NCBI GenBank assembly: GCA_951406725.2
Contig: OX597816.1
Location: forward strand, 84,630,001-84,694,000
Reading direction: 5' to 3'
Length of the DNA stretch: 64,000 bases
From: Octopus vulgaris
Taxonomy: Eukaryota
Within the stretch, counting starts at the first letter, position 1, and every line of letters starts with the position of its first letter. A program made the position numbers and the translations under genes. The notes beneath the pieces were generated by a model. That model saw only the letters and a list, made by a program, of their open reading frames with translations, ran no database searches and was not told the DNA's origin. This document shows positions 14,680 to 27,706 of this stretch, one piece after another.

Positions 14680-15520
14680 TTGTATGTAAGAAAGTCTTCA
14701 GAGATGGCCTGACAATCCGTTTTAGTTCCATTAGTTTATATCTTGCTCAATACACCCAACAATCTTTTTTCAAACTCACATCTCAACGTCGGTCTGGAGA
14801 AGTCACATCTATTCTATAATGCAGTGCTAAAATATTGGTGTATTAAACATCACATGGTTGATAAGGTGCTGGCGATGGTAAGCTTCTCCAAACAAACTTA
14901 CTCCACTTAAATCGTATGAAAGGAAGTTCGACACCCTACAGGGCATTATTGGGTTATAGGACTCGCCAGTCACCTTTGTATACATATTTTACACGATATA
15001 CCTAACCTTCTCCATTCTTATTCACACCTCCTGTCTGAATATTCACCAAGATGCTATATTTATTCTAAAATGCAATGCTAACATATTTATGTATCATACA
15101 TCACATCGTTGATAGGTCCCTGAAAAGTAGTCATTGGGATATAATTTCCAAACAGAAGTCTCTCATGATTATAATAAATTATATTTTATATCTTTACATC
15201 TTTTTTTTTGTCATAGTTTTTCCTTAGTAAATCTTGGGGAAATTTTCTCAATTTCTCATTCAGATAAAGATCTATCATATATAATTTGGATGCCAACACG
15301 ATGAGCATAATAGGCTCTGAAATTTGAGCGTAGGAAAACTATAGTTCCAAACAACAGAAATGCTTAAAATCTATTGTGTACAAAAATGTCATTTTATACA
15401 ATTAAATGTCTAAATTACTAAAATGATTATAATTTTTCAACATTTAAAAAATATTTAAATCTCTAAACTATGATCCAGTTTCACTTCTGATAAGCACCAG
15501 ATACCTCTTTACCTATTATG
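14680..15520 (+). mobile_element. Possible highly decayed LTR-retrotransposon RT/RNase H relic
   Basis: Ordered motif echoes: DGLTIRF; QG..DSPVTF; IHQDAIFI (YxDD-like); KCHF; LNYDP...TDTS (TDAS-like); many stops. Confidence 0.3.
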
Positions 15521-16370
15521 CACATAATATTGGACGGGATCCATCGAAGATCAAACAGATCACAAAGCAATATGTACACCCAGAAGTAAAGTTGATGTTA
15601 GCTGCCCAGAAAAGTATATCATTATAAGTTTTGAAACATATATTAATATTGGCGTTGAATGAATCTTGGGAATAAACTCCCAGGCATTGAATTACTTATA
15701 ATTTCTATCTAGTTAGATATCGCTGGTATCCATTCAATCTCTCAGAGAAATCCATGGTTTAATAGAAAATGGCTACTAAAACCTACCAGTGGGCAAACTT
15801 GTCTCATAAGACCGAAACAGGTCCAGCAAGGTTGCAGCCCAATGGCTGAAACAAGTAAAAGAATAATTACCAAAAATCAGAGCCATTCTCCATTGTATGT
15901 TTTACCAATTTTCAATTCTTAATTGATTTTAATTTCGGAATTGTTTCTCTTGTCCTTCACAAGAATTATCAATAACGCTAATGATCTTTCTTTTCAAAAC
16001 GAGTATAATTTTAAATGATTAGACATTTATTTTTGACTGACTTCATTAATATGTTAGCCACTACTTAAGGTAATTTAAATAATTTAAATATTGCTGTTGA
16101 GTAACACAATTAGAATGTAAAATAATCAGAAGGAAATATGGAAAACAAAGATTAAAAAAACGTCTTTAGACATTGAAGATAGAACAAACGGGATGGTTAT
16201 AACAAAACATCAAAACAAAAAGATATAAAAAAACAATAAAAAAAATAAAACTATGCATTAGATTTTAATACAAAATTCTGACATAACACGAGAATACACA
16301 TGGGAGGTGGGTATAGTGGATTACCGCAACCAAGTAGCGATTAGATTTTACTGTTACTCGAGTTTTTATC

Positions 16371-16408
<38 letters not shown>

Positions 16409-16455
16409 GAGAATATGAGTTTCCTTTTTTTCGTTGAAGCTTTTTTAAAATTTTA

Positions 16456-16665
16456 TTATTTGCTGGTTTCCATTTCTGTTTCCACATTATCATCAGCGTT
16501 ATTATCGACATAGCGTTCTTGAATGTCTTTGATTTTCTCATATTCGAATTCAGCCCCGATGGCACATGAGAGTAATGACTGGATATTTCGCTCTTCCGTG
16601 TCACCAAACATATATCCGACAGCTTTATCCACAGTCTGCAGGACGCGCAGCAGGCTACTGTTTTG
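16456..16665 (-). CDS. GPN2: GPN-loop GTPase 2, last coding exon
   Basis: Acceptor cttatttttgtatag; 70 codons QNSSLLRVLQTVDKAVGYMFGDTEERNIQSLLSCAIGAEFEYEKIKDIQERYVDNNADDNVETEMETSK*, matching the GPN2 C-terminus (RVLQAVDKANGYCFG...GADF...IQEKY); phase 0 with the upstream exon. Confidence 0.93.
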   Translation of the reverse strand, partial: QNSSLLRVLQTVDKAVGYMFGDTEERNIQSLLSCAIGAEFEYEKIKDIQERYVDNNADDNVETEMETSK

Positions 16666-17714
16666 CTATACAAAAATAAGTAAATAAATATATAAATAAA
16701 TAAACGAAGAAAACATAATGAACATAGAAATAAAAGAGCAACATATTACATAACCCTACTTCACCAACTTATTCGATAAGGTAAACAGGAAATACAATTT
16801 ATGAGGTTTATACAATTCCTCCACCCGTTAAAAGCACGAAACCACATCACGTTTTGACTGAGAATGAAAACTCTGTAGTGATCTAAACTTCCAGAGAGAT
16901 TATCAGTTTTGCTCTGTGGAGTTCACGAGTTAAGTGTCAATATCAAATTGATTCCTTGTATATCGATACAAAAGTATCGGTTTCATAAAAGGTGGAACAA
17001 TGCTCACACTTGTAATGAATATGCTTCATAGATGAAGGGAGTAGTTTTCGATCGTAAAATAGAAATGGAGTACAATCTAATAAAATACTCATCCACAGTA
17101 AAAATTTAGAGGCACCGGGACTGGTTATCCAGAATTGATATATCAGATTGCTAGTACACGAACCGTCGGAAGATATTTCATTCAATGATCTGATACCCTA
17201 CTAACTTGTTAACTCTGGGATATATACATACACACACAAACACACACATAAACAAACACAAGCAAACATATGACAGGCAACGTCAATAGGGTGTCGGCCA
17301 AAGAACGCTGTACCATCACATACAATAGATATTATACACATACAGATACACACACATGCACACACACACACGTTTGTGTGTATGTGTGTGTGCGTATTAT
17401 TTTATGTAGTCGAGTAGTATATCCTTGATTATCATCAGACATACTGGCCAGATGTATATAACTTCTTTGCTAATGGATATAAATAACATTCTTGGTCAGT
17501 TTGGTGCTAAAAAAACTTTCTGAGGTGGAAAGAGTAGTTACTTCCCCATGTTCGATTCCAGCTGAAACGGGTCAGTCTGTGTAGGTTCTTCCGTTTTTTA
17601 GAGTACCACTAGGGAAGATCATGTTTTCAAAATGAATTTTCTGTCGTGAGGGTATCAGCTAAAAAAAGGCACCCTGATGTTCTGTGTGTCTGTGTTCTTT
17701 TGTTGCAGCTGATA

Positions 17715-17910
17715 CAGCTACTGTTGGACATCACCTCTACAAAGAAATACGTTGGTGCAACAGAGGGCCACTTCAAAGACATGTTACATAACTATAGGTC
17801 CTATACTAGAGAGGTGGAACATTACAGCATTAGAGAGCTATAAATAGCAGTTAAAAAGAGGGAATGACACAGAAAATAAACTGGAAGCTGCTGGTAAAAC
17901 CAAGGCCTTA
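17715..17910 (+). mobile_element. Penelope GIY-YIG endonuclease fragment
   Basis: TSTKKYVGATEGHFKDMLHNYRS resembles the K.YIG.TE..FK.RY.NH.SF motif. Confidence 0.6.
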
Positions 17911-18477
17911 AATGGGTCTTCCTTGATTGAAGATTAGAGATCAGAAAAAGACGTACAGACTGTTCCATTTCGGACACAGTTGGAATCGTTCAAAGGAAAA
18001 TGCCTCCTCTTTCCTTCTCAGAAAGGTTTTTATGTTTCGGTTTTTAATACCACCAAAGAGACCAAGACTGTATATTTATGTTCATTAGTAAATAGGATAT
18101 GTGCTTCTCGCCTGCAGGTCTGCTGAGTTGCCTTTAGCAAAGTGGAATAGTTTATATGTACACACACATATATATGTATGTATGTATATATTGCACAAAA
18201 GAAAACATAACGAATATAGAATTAAAAGCGACATATTACATAACCATACTTCACCAACTTATTCAATACACACGCACGTATATGAACCCACAAACATACA
18301 CATATGCACACGGAATACATTTGTTATTCATCGACAAAAGTAGTATTGACAGTGACTTCGAAGTTTTAGCCAGGTATCCCATCATTGGACTGTCTGATGA
18401 TGGCTTAACTGGCTGCAGAAAATCTGTCTAAAAAATACTATCTGACTCATGCATAGAACAATGGATTTTCAAGGAAC

Positions 18478-18570
<93 letters not shown>

Positions 18571-18584
18571 AGTTCAGTAAAATT

Positions 18585-20806
18585 TAGATTCAGTTGAATA
18601 TGGTACTTAAGTTAAAGGCATCAGAATTTGGTATGGTATTATCCATATAATTCAAAATGTGGTGATTACAATCAAAATAAGCAACAAGGATATCCAGAGG
18701 TAACGCAGTACGATCATTTCATGTGACTCCATTTAATGAAACTTGTTCTTTGTCTATCTACTTATCCTCTTTGTGATTTTGGTTAATAGAATAACTATAC
18801 AAATGAATCCTTTGAATTTAACTAAATTCTATATTTTTATGCAGCTGCAGATTGCTCTACATTTTAAAACTGATGTAATATTTGCATTGTTCAATTAAAT
18901 GGAGTCGCATGAAACAATCGTACTGCATTACCTCTGGATATCCTTGCTGCTTATTTTGATTATATATAAATATATATATAAGGCAAATATGTAACAAGGA
19001 TGTCCAGGTATCAGTGCAGTACAGCCATTTCAAGTGCTCCATTTAATCGACCAATGAAAACATTACGATATGAAATAAACCGCTCTTCTTGGAAGCTGAT
19101 GACCATACAAGATTTCCAACATACGGGATACACAATTATACTTTTACAAATTATTCATCAGTACTAGAGGCTAAAATAATTACATTGCTTCTCTGTTATT
19201 TTTGTGGCAGAATGAATTTAAGGAAAAAATACTTAAAGCCTACAATAACTTAGAATGGCACTTTAGCCTATCTATTTTTTAATTAGCTTTTGTTATGAAT
19301 ACCTTGGCTTATCCTTATTTTTTTATCTTTTATCTCTTTTTATATCCGGTATACATTTTATGGTATTCACAATACAAAATTTTCATCTTTATTTATATCT
19401 GTTCATTTTATAAATTCTTTATTGGTATTTTATACAAAAAGTTTTACCTTTTATTCATTTTTATATTATTTTATTTATTCTTTTACATCATATTATTGTA
19501 TTTTTATATATCTGTATACCCTCATATATACTGGTGTAATTTCTAAGGATTGTGAAAGGGTTTGTAACTTCTCTCCATAATATTCATGGTATGATAATAA
19601 TACAATATGGTATTTATATCTATTTATTTATACTTATATTTATAATTTTTACAATACATTTATATATATATATATACACCTTATATCCTTTCAGATTTTT
19701 TCATAATGTCCGTAATTTTTATATAAATATATTTTTCAAGAATTTAAAATAAATTTACCTGATATAGAAATATTTATCGTATTTTTTTAGCCTTTAAACT
19801 CTGTACCACTATTCGGATGATACTTGCATTTAATTATAGGTTCTTTGTTGAATAGTTTTAGCATGGCCACCTTAACAATATGCTAGGAAGAAGCATTATT
19901 TCTCTTATGTATAAAAAAGTACCCCACTTTTAAGGGTTAGGTTGATTCTTCTATCCTTTTTCTCTTACTTGGTTCTTAAATCCTTTTTCTAAATTTAAAT
20001 ATTATAATATATAAATTTTGCTGAGTTTGGATACACATCTTTTCCCGTACTTTTAATTCCCCCACACAGATCTCATTGTGACCTCCTTTGCCTTCCAATT
20101 TAGGCCACTTTTATTTGATAATCATAATATGCTAAGTCACCCTAGTCCTTCCTCTTTCTGGTTCTCACCTATTCTCTATATATCATTATCTTACTAGCAA
20201 CTTCTGATATATTCTTTGATGCAGATATGGCTGGTTTTATGATCTCAGTAAAATAGGAGTAGAAGAGAGTATCTGACATTAATTAATTTATCACCACCAC
20301 CAAGAATGTAACTGTTAATTCCCAACGGATTTAATTCTAAGGCGTTGTAGACTACATGCTGCATTGAGTCTTTTGAATGTGATAAGGGTAAAGATGAATG
20401 TAGCTGTATCACCATTCCTCTTTCTTGCCCCCACCACCCATTATTTTCTTCTGCCACTTGAAATTATAAGAGGCTTCAAATATATTTTCCCTAAATTCAT
20501 TCTGCCACAAAAGTAGCAAAGAGAAACAATGTAATTATTTTAGTCTCTAGTACTGATGAAAGATTTGCTAAAAACAGAATATAATGGTTTATCCTGTATA
20601 TAGGAAATCTCTATGGTCATCTGCGTTTGAGGAGAGCAATCTATTTCAAATTGATCGATTAAATGGAGCCACTTGGAACGGCCGTAATGCACTGATACCT
20701 GGACATCCTTGTTACTAATTTGCTCTTTATTCATCTAACTTCGAGCTGCGTGGACCACACCGGAATGACTTGGTGCCTCAACTTAAGTACCTAATTCAAC
20801 TGATTC
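18585..20806 (-). mobile_element. Penelope-like element complex bounded by inverted pLTR-like repeats
   Basis: 18983-19250 is the reverse complement of 20470-20730; 18586-18622 of 20770-20806; 18665-18740 of 18890-18962; the repeats carry gtaCTGATGA; decayed AT-rich interior. Confidence 0.7.
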
Positions 20807-20839
20807 TTAATTATTTCTGACACACACACATGCACACAC

Positions 20840-21030
20840 ATAGTAAATCCAAAAGAAAATCAAACACAAAAACAACAACGCGAGGACGTGGTACATGTAA
20901 AGTATTAGCAGAGGCTCAGGGAAGAAACGTAAGATGGTATAACATGTCGAGCAACGCTCTTCTTCAGAAACAGAGGCAAGTTCAATAGAAAGGATGATGG
21001 AAGAAGAAAATCGCCAACGATTCACATGTG
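20840..21030 (-). mobile_element. Short hammerhead-bearing repeat (same family as 58095-58270), core mutated
   Basis: Reverse complement reads cacatgtgaatcgttggcgatttt...gtttCTGAAGAagagcgttgctcGACAtg. Confidence 0.75.
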
Positions 21031-21435
21031 GTTGTATATATACACATACAAACCCCTATGATCATTAACACATACCCTTATATCTCTTCTATATCTCCCA
21101 TATCGCTATATCTCTTATTTCTTCCTTATATCTTACATCTCTTCTATCTACCTTCATCACTTTATGAGATAAATATTAATTTTTTAATTTATCCTTAATT
21201 TATTTCTAAACCTTAACCCAATAAATCCCCTAATATCTAACTCTAACTCCCACTCAAATAATTTAACATTCAACTAGCTCCTCCATTCTGGACTACCTAC
21301 ACACCAATAACCCCTTTACTAAATATAACTCTACAGCCACTGACCTTAGCTAGAACGAACATAAGCATTTACTACTAGATTTCCTCCCAACACCTATACA
21401 CGTTAAGACTACCACAGACACCTACTACTCTTTAA

Positions 21436-21657
21436 CCCTTTAGTGTTCGCATTATTCTGCCAAAATTAATGCTTCTTCATCCACATTGTTTTGAACTAAT
21501 CATTCATTAATCTTGGAGCTATGAGATTTTGATGAGGTAGCTGTTAATTTTTAAAACGATATTGTAGGGTTGGTGTGAGAGACCAGATCTTGCCAGTTTG
21601 AACATAAAACAGGCAGAATACTTTTGGCCGGATATGGCCGGTTTAAATGCTAAAGGG
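21436..21657. mobile_element. piggyBac-type MITE
   Basis: TTAA|ccctttag...ctaaaggg|TTAA; TTAA TSDs at 21432-21435 and 21658-21661. Confidence 0.9.
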
Positions 21658-22136
21658 TTAAATTCCTTTTATTTTGCCCCTCATCCTCTCTCTTATCTTC
21701 TCGGCTACCCTGTACACAATTCTTAGACACTATAAACCTAAACGCCTTACTTCATCCTAAAGCCAATCCTTAAATCCACCTCCTCACTCTATCTACCTAT
21801 CTTTCTATTTCTTTTCTTTCCTTTTACCACTTAATAGCTACCTCCGCTACTATTCTGTTATTGAATGTTGATATGTTCGCGTCTTTTGTCTCCGGATGTC
21901 TATTATATTAGGATTTTAACCCACATGGATCTACGCAGGATTGCACCTAAGGACTTATGCTGATGGATCTGCACAGCATTGCAATTAAGGACTTATGCTC
22001 TTATTTCAACAACTTCGGAAAGTTGAACTATGAACTTTTATGCTTTTTTCTTCTTTCTCTCCATCTCCTTATTCTTTTACTCAATTCCACTATGTCGCCA
22101 TCTCATTAATATACACCTTTCTAATTTTCCCTATTT

Positions 22137-22176
22137 GTCTCTGATGACGGATATATCCCAGAAACAGCTGTAAAAC
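22137..22176 (+). ncRNA. Type I hammerhead ribozyme motif at the 3' end of a pyrimidine-rich PLE-like repeat
   Basis: gtct CTGATGA cggata-tatccca GAAA CAGCTG TA aaac; palindromic stem III, GUA triplet, one stem I mismatch. Confidence 0.75.
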
Positions 22177-22722
22177 TTAGAATTTTTTCCAATAATAAAT
22201 TGCGATGTTTGCCTTGCCTTAATGTTTGCTGTCCTTTTTAACAATTATATATATGTGTAAATATATATGGCACAACTCAGTCAATGCTGTTGACCATGTT
22301 TTAGTTAAAGCTATGGCTATAATTCTGTCCATAGTTACCTCTGTTTGGTATTTCCGATTGATAACGGCTAAAGAGTTAGAAACGCATCTAGGAATCCGAC
22401 AGGGGATGCACTGGACAGATATGGCGTTTTCATACCTTTTTACTCTAAGAGAAAATTTTTTTCCTCCATTGTAACTGCAGTGAAGTTGCCTTTGGGAGGT
22501 GAAATATGTCACAAAAATATTTTAACTACCCTAAATTTCGCTTATACCTAAACACTACTTGGCACTGAAACTGCAGTACACACACACACACATATATATA
22601 TGTATATGGTGGGCTTGTCACAAGGCTTTGGTAACCAGAAACCATGTGGTTGGGAAGCATTATATATGCATACATTATATATGTATACATATATACATAT
22701 ACATGTGTGTGTATATAAGGGC

Positions 22723-22762
<40 letters not shown>

Positions 22763-23559
22763 ATGTGTATCAGAATATACATATATACATGTGATATATA
22801 TGTGCATATGTTTGTAAGTGCTTTTGATTTATCAACATTTATCACCCATAACAGAGCACCCACAATCCTCCTAATCATTATCACTTCTGTTAACATTGTT
22901 ATTAATAACACTAACTCTAATGAGCAACAGCTGTGACAACATAAACAACAGTAATAAGGATAAACAACTGCAATAAAGAAACCCTGGAAAGCTTAATTAC
23001 AGCAAAGAGTGGAACGGTCGGTCGGCATAGAGGCATGAGAGCAGGTATGAGAAAGAAAATGGAAGAGAGGGAGCAAAAATGAGAGAAGGGGCAGTGTACT
23101 TATTTTGTTTTTCATTCTAAATATATTGTTTCATTATTAGATAAGTTAATAACTAAACAGAGGCTCCTGGCTCTTCTTGGTGAGGGTGGGGTGGTAACTG
23201 TCATTATGTTGCATGTGAAGAGTCAAGTACTTGCTTCATTAGTGATTAATTACTATTTACTTTATATTCTGAAAAAAGATAAAAAATGTAAGGAAGATAA
23301 AAAGCCCTGCCACCCACATCCACCCATACAGCAAAACTCTGTTCCATCTATGCAATGTACATGTATGCGTGTCTGTGTGTGTTCGAGGAGGGTTGGATAG
23401 AGTTTATTGAGCCGGGTGTTCTACAGCTGGATGCCCTTTCTGTTACCAACATTTGCCTGTTTTCATGCAAGGTGTTATTTTTCCATAGCCAGACATGTTT
23501 TCATAGAATATTTGAAATGAATGACACTCACAAGAATTATATGACACCAAGAAGAGTTG

Positions 23560-23880
23560 GTGGTTGTCTTCAGCTCAAATCTTATGGGAAGGTATTGAAA
23601 GTGAATGCAAACATGACTAGCAAAAACAAAAAATCTATCTACTGCATAACATACCTACAATGCAATGAGAATTACATTGGAGAAACAGGAACAAAACTAA
23701 CCAATTGTGTGAATGAGCACAAACAGCAAATTAAAGAGTCATCTTTTAGAAATGTTCCATGTAGCAAATATCTAGAGATTTTGTACAAAATATTCCATTT
23801 TACAAAATATAAGAAGAAAACGATCAACTAAGAAAGGGAAAAGAGTACTTTATAAGAACTCTCAATCTGAAACAATATCA
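23560..23880 (+). mobile_element. Penelope GIY-YIG endonuclease remnant
   Basis: NMTSKNKKSIYCITYLQCNENYIGETGTKLTNCVNEHKQQI. Confidence 0.85.
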
Positions 23881-24118
23881 GAAATAGGGAACACCATTAC
23901 TAAAAATAATCTTTTCTATACACATTAGCCAAGAATATGTCTTTGAAAAGTTGAAACATATATGTATACATACAAACATATATATACATATATGTATACA
24001 TACATACATATATGTATACATACATACATATATATACATATATGTATACATACATACATATATGTATACATACATACATATATGTATACATACATACATA
24101 TATATACATATATGTATA

Positions 24119-24154
<36 letters not shown>

Positions 24155-24403
24155 TATGATGACGAACAGGAACGTGAAACTCTGAGTAACAGCTGTTGTT
24201 AAATTTCTGCTGCTTTTAAATAAAGCATATTACTCTACCTATGGTATTTGAGTACTCTTTTTTCCACCTTGTTTCACATTTATGTGTATATCTCTGGTAT
24301 ATACATATATATATATTCTCATCATCATCATCGTTTAATGTCCCTGTTGCATGCTTGCATGCATGTACCTCTATCTTTCTCTCTTTACACACACACACAC
24401 ACG

Positions 24404-24438
<35 letters not shown>

Positions 24439-24769
24439 ATATTATTACATTTTGTAGACGTAAACTCAAAACTGCATGCATACTGACAGATAGACATATT
24501 TTCTATACATATTTATATGAACATCATTACATGCTGAATAAAGCATTAGCTGATCTCTGAATACAATGAGTTTTCATGTCAGTGATGCTAGTTTTAGCTG
24601 TGGTTAAATGATATAGCACATGTGAAAAAATATGATTCTTCTTGATTGCAATTGAGTTGATAATAAAACGTTGCCTGTACCTACTCACAGAGCATATATC
24701 AATGCACTATAAATATAGGAGTGAGAACACATGCGTGTGTGTATGTATGTATATCTGGGGTTGGTGTGC

Positions 24770-24805
<36 letters not shown>

Positions 24806-24889
24806 ATACTAACACACATAGAGAGATATGCATATCAGTGTAAGAAAACAAATGATAACGTTGATATATGCATATACACACATACATAT

Positions 24890-24988
24890 CATGTTACATA
24901 AGTGTATGCATATGTGTGTGAATGTATATATGTATGTATATATATACATATATATGCATATATGCATACATATATATGTATATATATA

Positions 24989-25026
<38 letters not shown>

Positions 25027-25251
25027 TATATATATATATATATATGCATACATATATATGCATATATATATGCATACATATATATATATATATATGCATA
25101 CATATATATGCACATATATGCATACATATATATGCATACATATATATGCATACATATATATGCATACATATATATGCATACATATATGCATACATATATA
25201 TATATATGCATATATATATATGCATATATATATGCATACATATATGCATAC

Positions 25252-25346
<95 letters not shown>

Positions 25347-25425
25347 ATATATATATATATGTATATATATATATATGTACATATATATATATATGTATGT
25401 GTGTGTATAAGTATGTATATACATA
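24890..25425. repeat. (TA)n/(TATGCATACA)n microsatellite
   Basis: Direct tandem repeats. Confidence 0.95.
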
Positions 25426-26085
25426 TATCTTCTTTCCTACATAGACTTATATTTTTTTCAGTTAATGGACTGCAAACATGCTAAAGCGCCATCCTGAAGG
25501 CATTAGTTTAGTACTCATTTTTTAGGTTGGAACTTTTTTTGTTTACCAAAGGCTTACATTACATGGATGTAAACAAACCTATGTAGGATGTCAAGAAGCA
25601 AGACATAAATGAAAATACACATTCATACACACAAATACATAGACACATGTACACATATACATATACACGTGATGGTCTTCTGAAATGTTTCTGTTGACTG
25701 AATTTACTCAATAGCCATTGCATAACTAGGGGCTATAGGCAAATGCTCTAGCTAAAGGAGGCACAGAGAGGGCCTGAACTAACAACCATGTTGTAGCAAA
25801 CATAATTTCTTAACCACACAATCATGCACGTATCAACATACATATTGGGAATGTATTTCCCCACCCATCCATGCACATACAATGATGATGATGACATATA
25901 TATATATATATATATATACCTAATATACGGCATGCAAGAGAAACAGTCAAATCCCCACTACCTCTTGAAAGTCATGTCAAAAATATTATATCCATAATAC
26001 TGACAAGAACAGCCATACCACTGACAATTGATGATAATGATGTTGAAGAGGAAAATGCTATAATTTTCAAAAGTGAAATCCTTAC

Positions 26086-26184
26086 TGTAATGTTGAGGGC
26101 CACAAAAGAGACCAGACTGTAGTCCTCTATGATGCCAACCATGGCAGCATTCATTTTCTTGTATTTTCTGAAGATCTCATCATC
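26086..26184 (-). CDS. GPN2: GPN-loop GTPase 2, penultimate coding exon
   Basis: ctctctttcag|GAT...ACA|gtaagg; 99 nt, [33 protein letters not shown], matching GPN2 [32 protein letters not shown]. Confidence 0.94.
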
Positions 26185-26429
26185 CTGAAAGAGAGAGCAA
26201 AAAAAAAAATATCATATCACAAATAAGATCTATCTTAATTTACTTGAAGAAATGGTTATTTAAACATAAGTAAAAGACAATTTCCAATAAAATCTTTTCA
26301 TGAAGCCATTTAACTTTGATGAGACATGTTTTCACTAAATCACGATACATTTCTGGTCAACATAATCAATCTGCATCATTATTATAATAACAACAACTAT
26401 AATAATAATAATAATAATAACTCTGAAGT

Positions 26430-27320
26430 TGTCATGACAAGGAGACACTGCCAGAAATCTGATGTAGACATGATGTATTTACAAACAAAGAACTATTCTG
26501 AAACTTTGACAGTAAGATATAAAAGGACCTTTATAATGGTCACTTATACTAATTAATTTTTAAAAATGAGTTCCTACCCATTTACCAAGAAAAATATAAG
26601 CATAAAATTTAGAGGTGTGCAGTTTGATGGAGATTTGGCTGTTATTTCTAGTACTGAGCTATCACATTGAGGGCTAACACCCTCTGATCTGTTGTCTGTT
26701 GGTTATTATTGTTCGACAGACACCCACATATGCACAAATGAAAGGAAAAGTTAAAAAACCTCTGACATGTTAGTGTCAGGTGGGTGTGGAAAAATGCTGA
26801 AAGGAAAGAAGAGAATATTAAAAGAATTCAGTCTTGAAAAATATTCTGTTTTTCAGTCATAATCTTCATATTTTTTAAATGTGGAATCCTCACAAAATTT
26901 TAGCAAAAAGTTAAAACCCAAAAGTTAAATTTTGGTGAGGGGTGAGCAACAAACAAAATTTTTTTTGAGCAAAATAATAAGCTCCATCATTAAAAACACT
27001 GGAATCTGAAGAGACATTTGCACACCAGCCCATCATGGAAAGAAAAAACGGAAAAGAAAGAAATGTAGTGCATATTCAACACATCTGCCTTCCAGTCTTT
27101 GGCAAGTCTAATTATATTCATAGACATGAGAGAGTCAGAAGCCATGTCCATATGGCAGTATGCTGATACCGCAATGGGGGAAACTGGATAAGAAATGGTA
27201 AAAACTTGCAGCAAACCTGGAACATGAAAAGAACCAGGCCACACTCATGTTGGATATGCTTCTTCAGACTGATGAGGAGGTCAAGGTCAATTAGCTAGAT
27301 ATAATTATCAATGACTACTC
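26430..27320 (+). mobile_element. R4/Dong-like non-LTR retrotransposon remnant (restriction-like endonuclease region)
   Basis: RHCQKSDVDMMYL (HHPKADVDRLY-like); GKSNYIHRHERVRSHVH (EYxxRHD); ATLMLDMLLQTDEEVKVN*LDII (WD..IxTD..N.PDI-like). Confidence 0.7.
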
Positions 27321-27675
27321 CCTTCTGATTAAAACATTACCTGGAAGGTGGGAGAAACTGTTACAATACAAGGATCTTAACCTGTTACACATCATTTCTG
27401 CTATAGCAGGAATAGGTTAACTGTCTTTTCTGCCAGATTCCTGGTAAATCGGTAATGAATAACATGTAGAAAAAGAAGATGTTGCTGATTCTGTCCATTA
27501 GTTTACCAGCAATCGTTACTCTTGAGCTGTATGTGCAACTATTTAATTTTTTACTCAAGAGTTCAGGGGGAGAGTAACATTAACGTATCTTCATGCGACA
27601 ATGTAAAGGTTCTGCTTGCTATGAAACATATGTAGCCCAGATCTTCCCTACTCCATTCCTTAACTCTTGTATATA

Positions 27676-27706
<31 letters not shown>

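Noticed and set aside
25972-26154. 60-aa ORF as a standalone gene
   Set aside because: It is the GPN2 exon read through its splice donor into the intron
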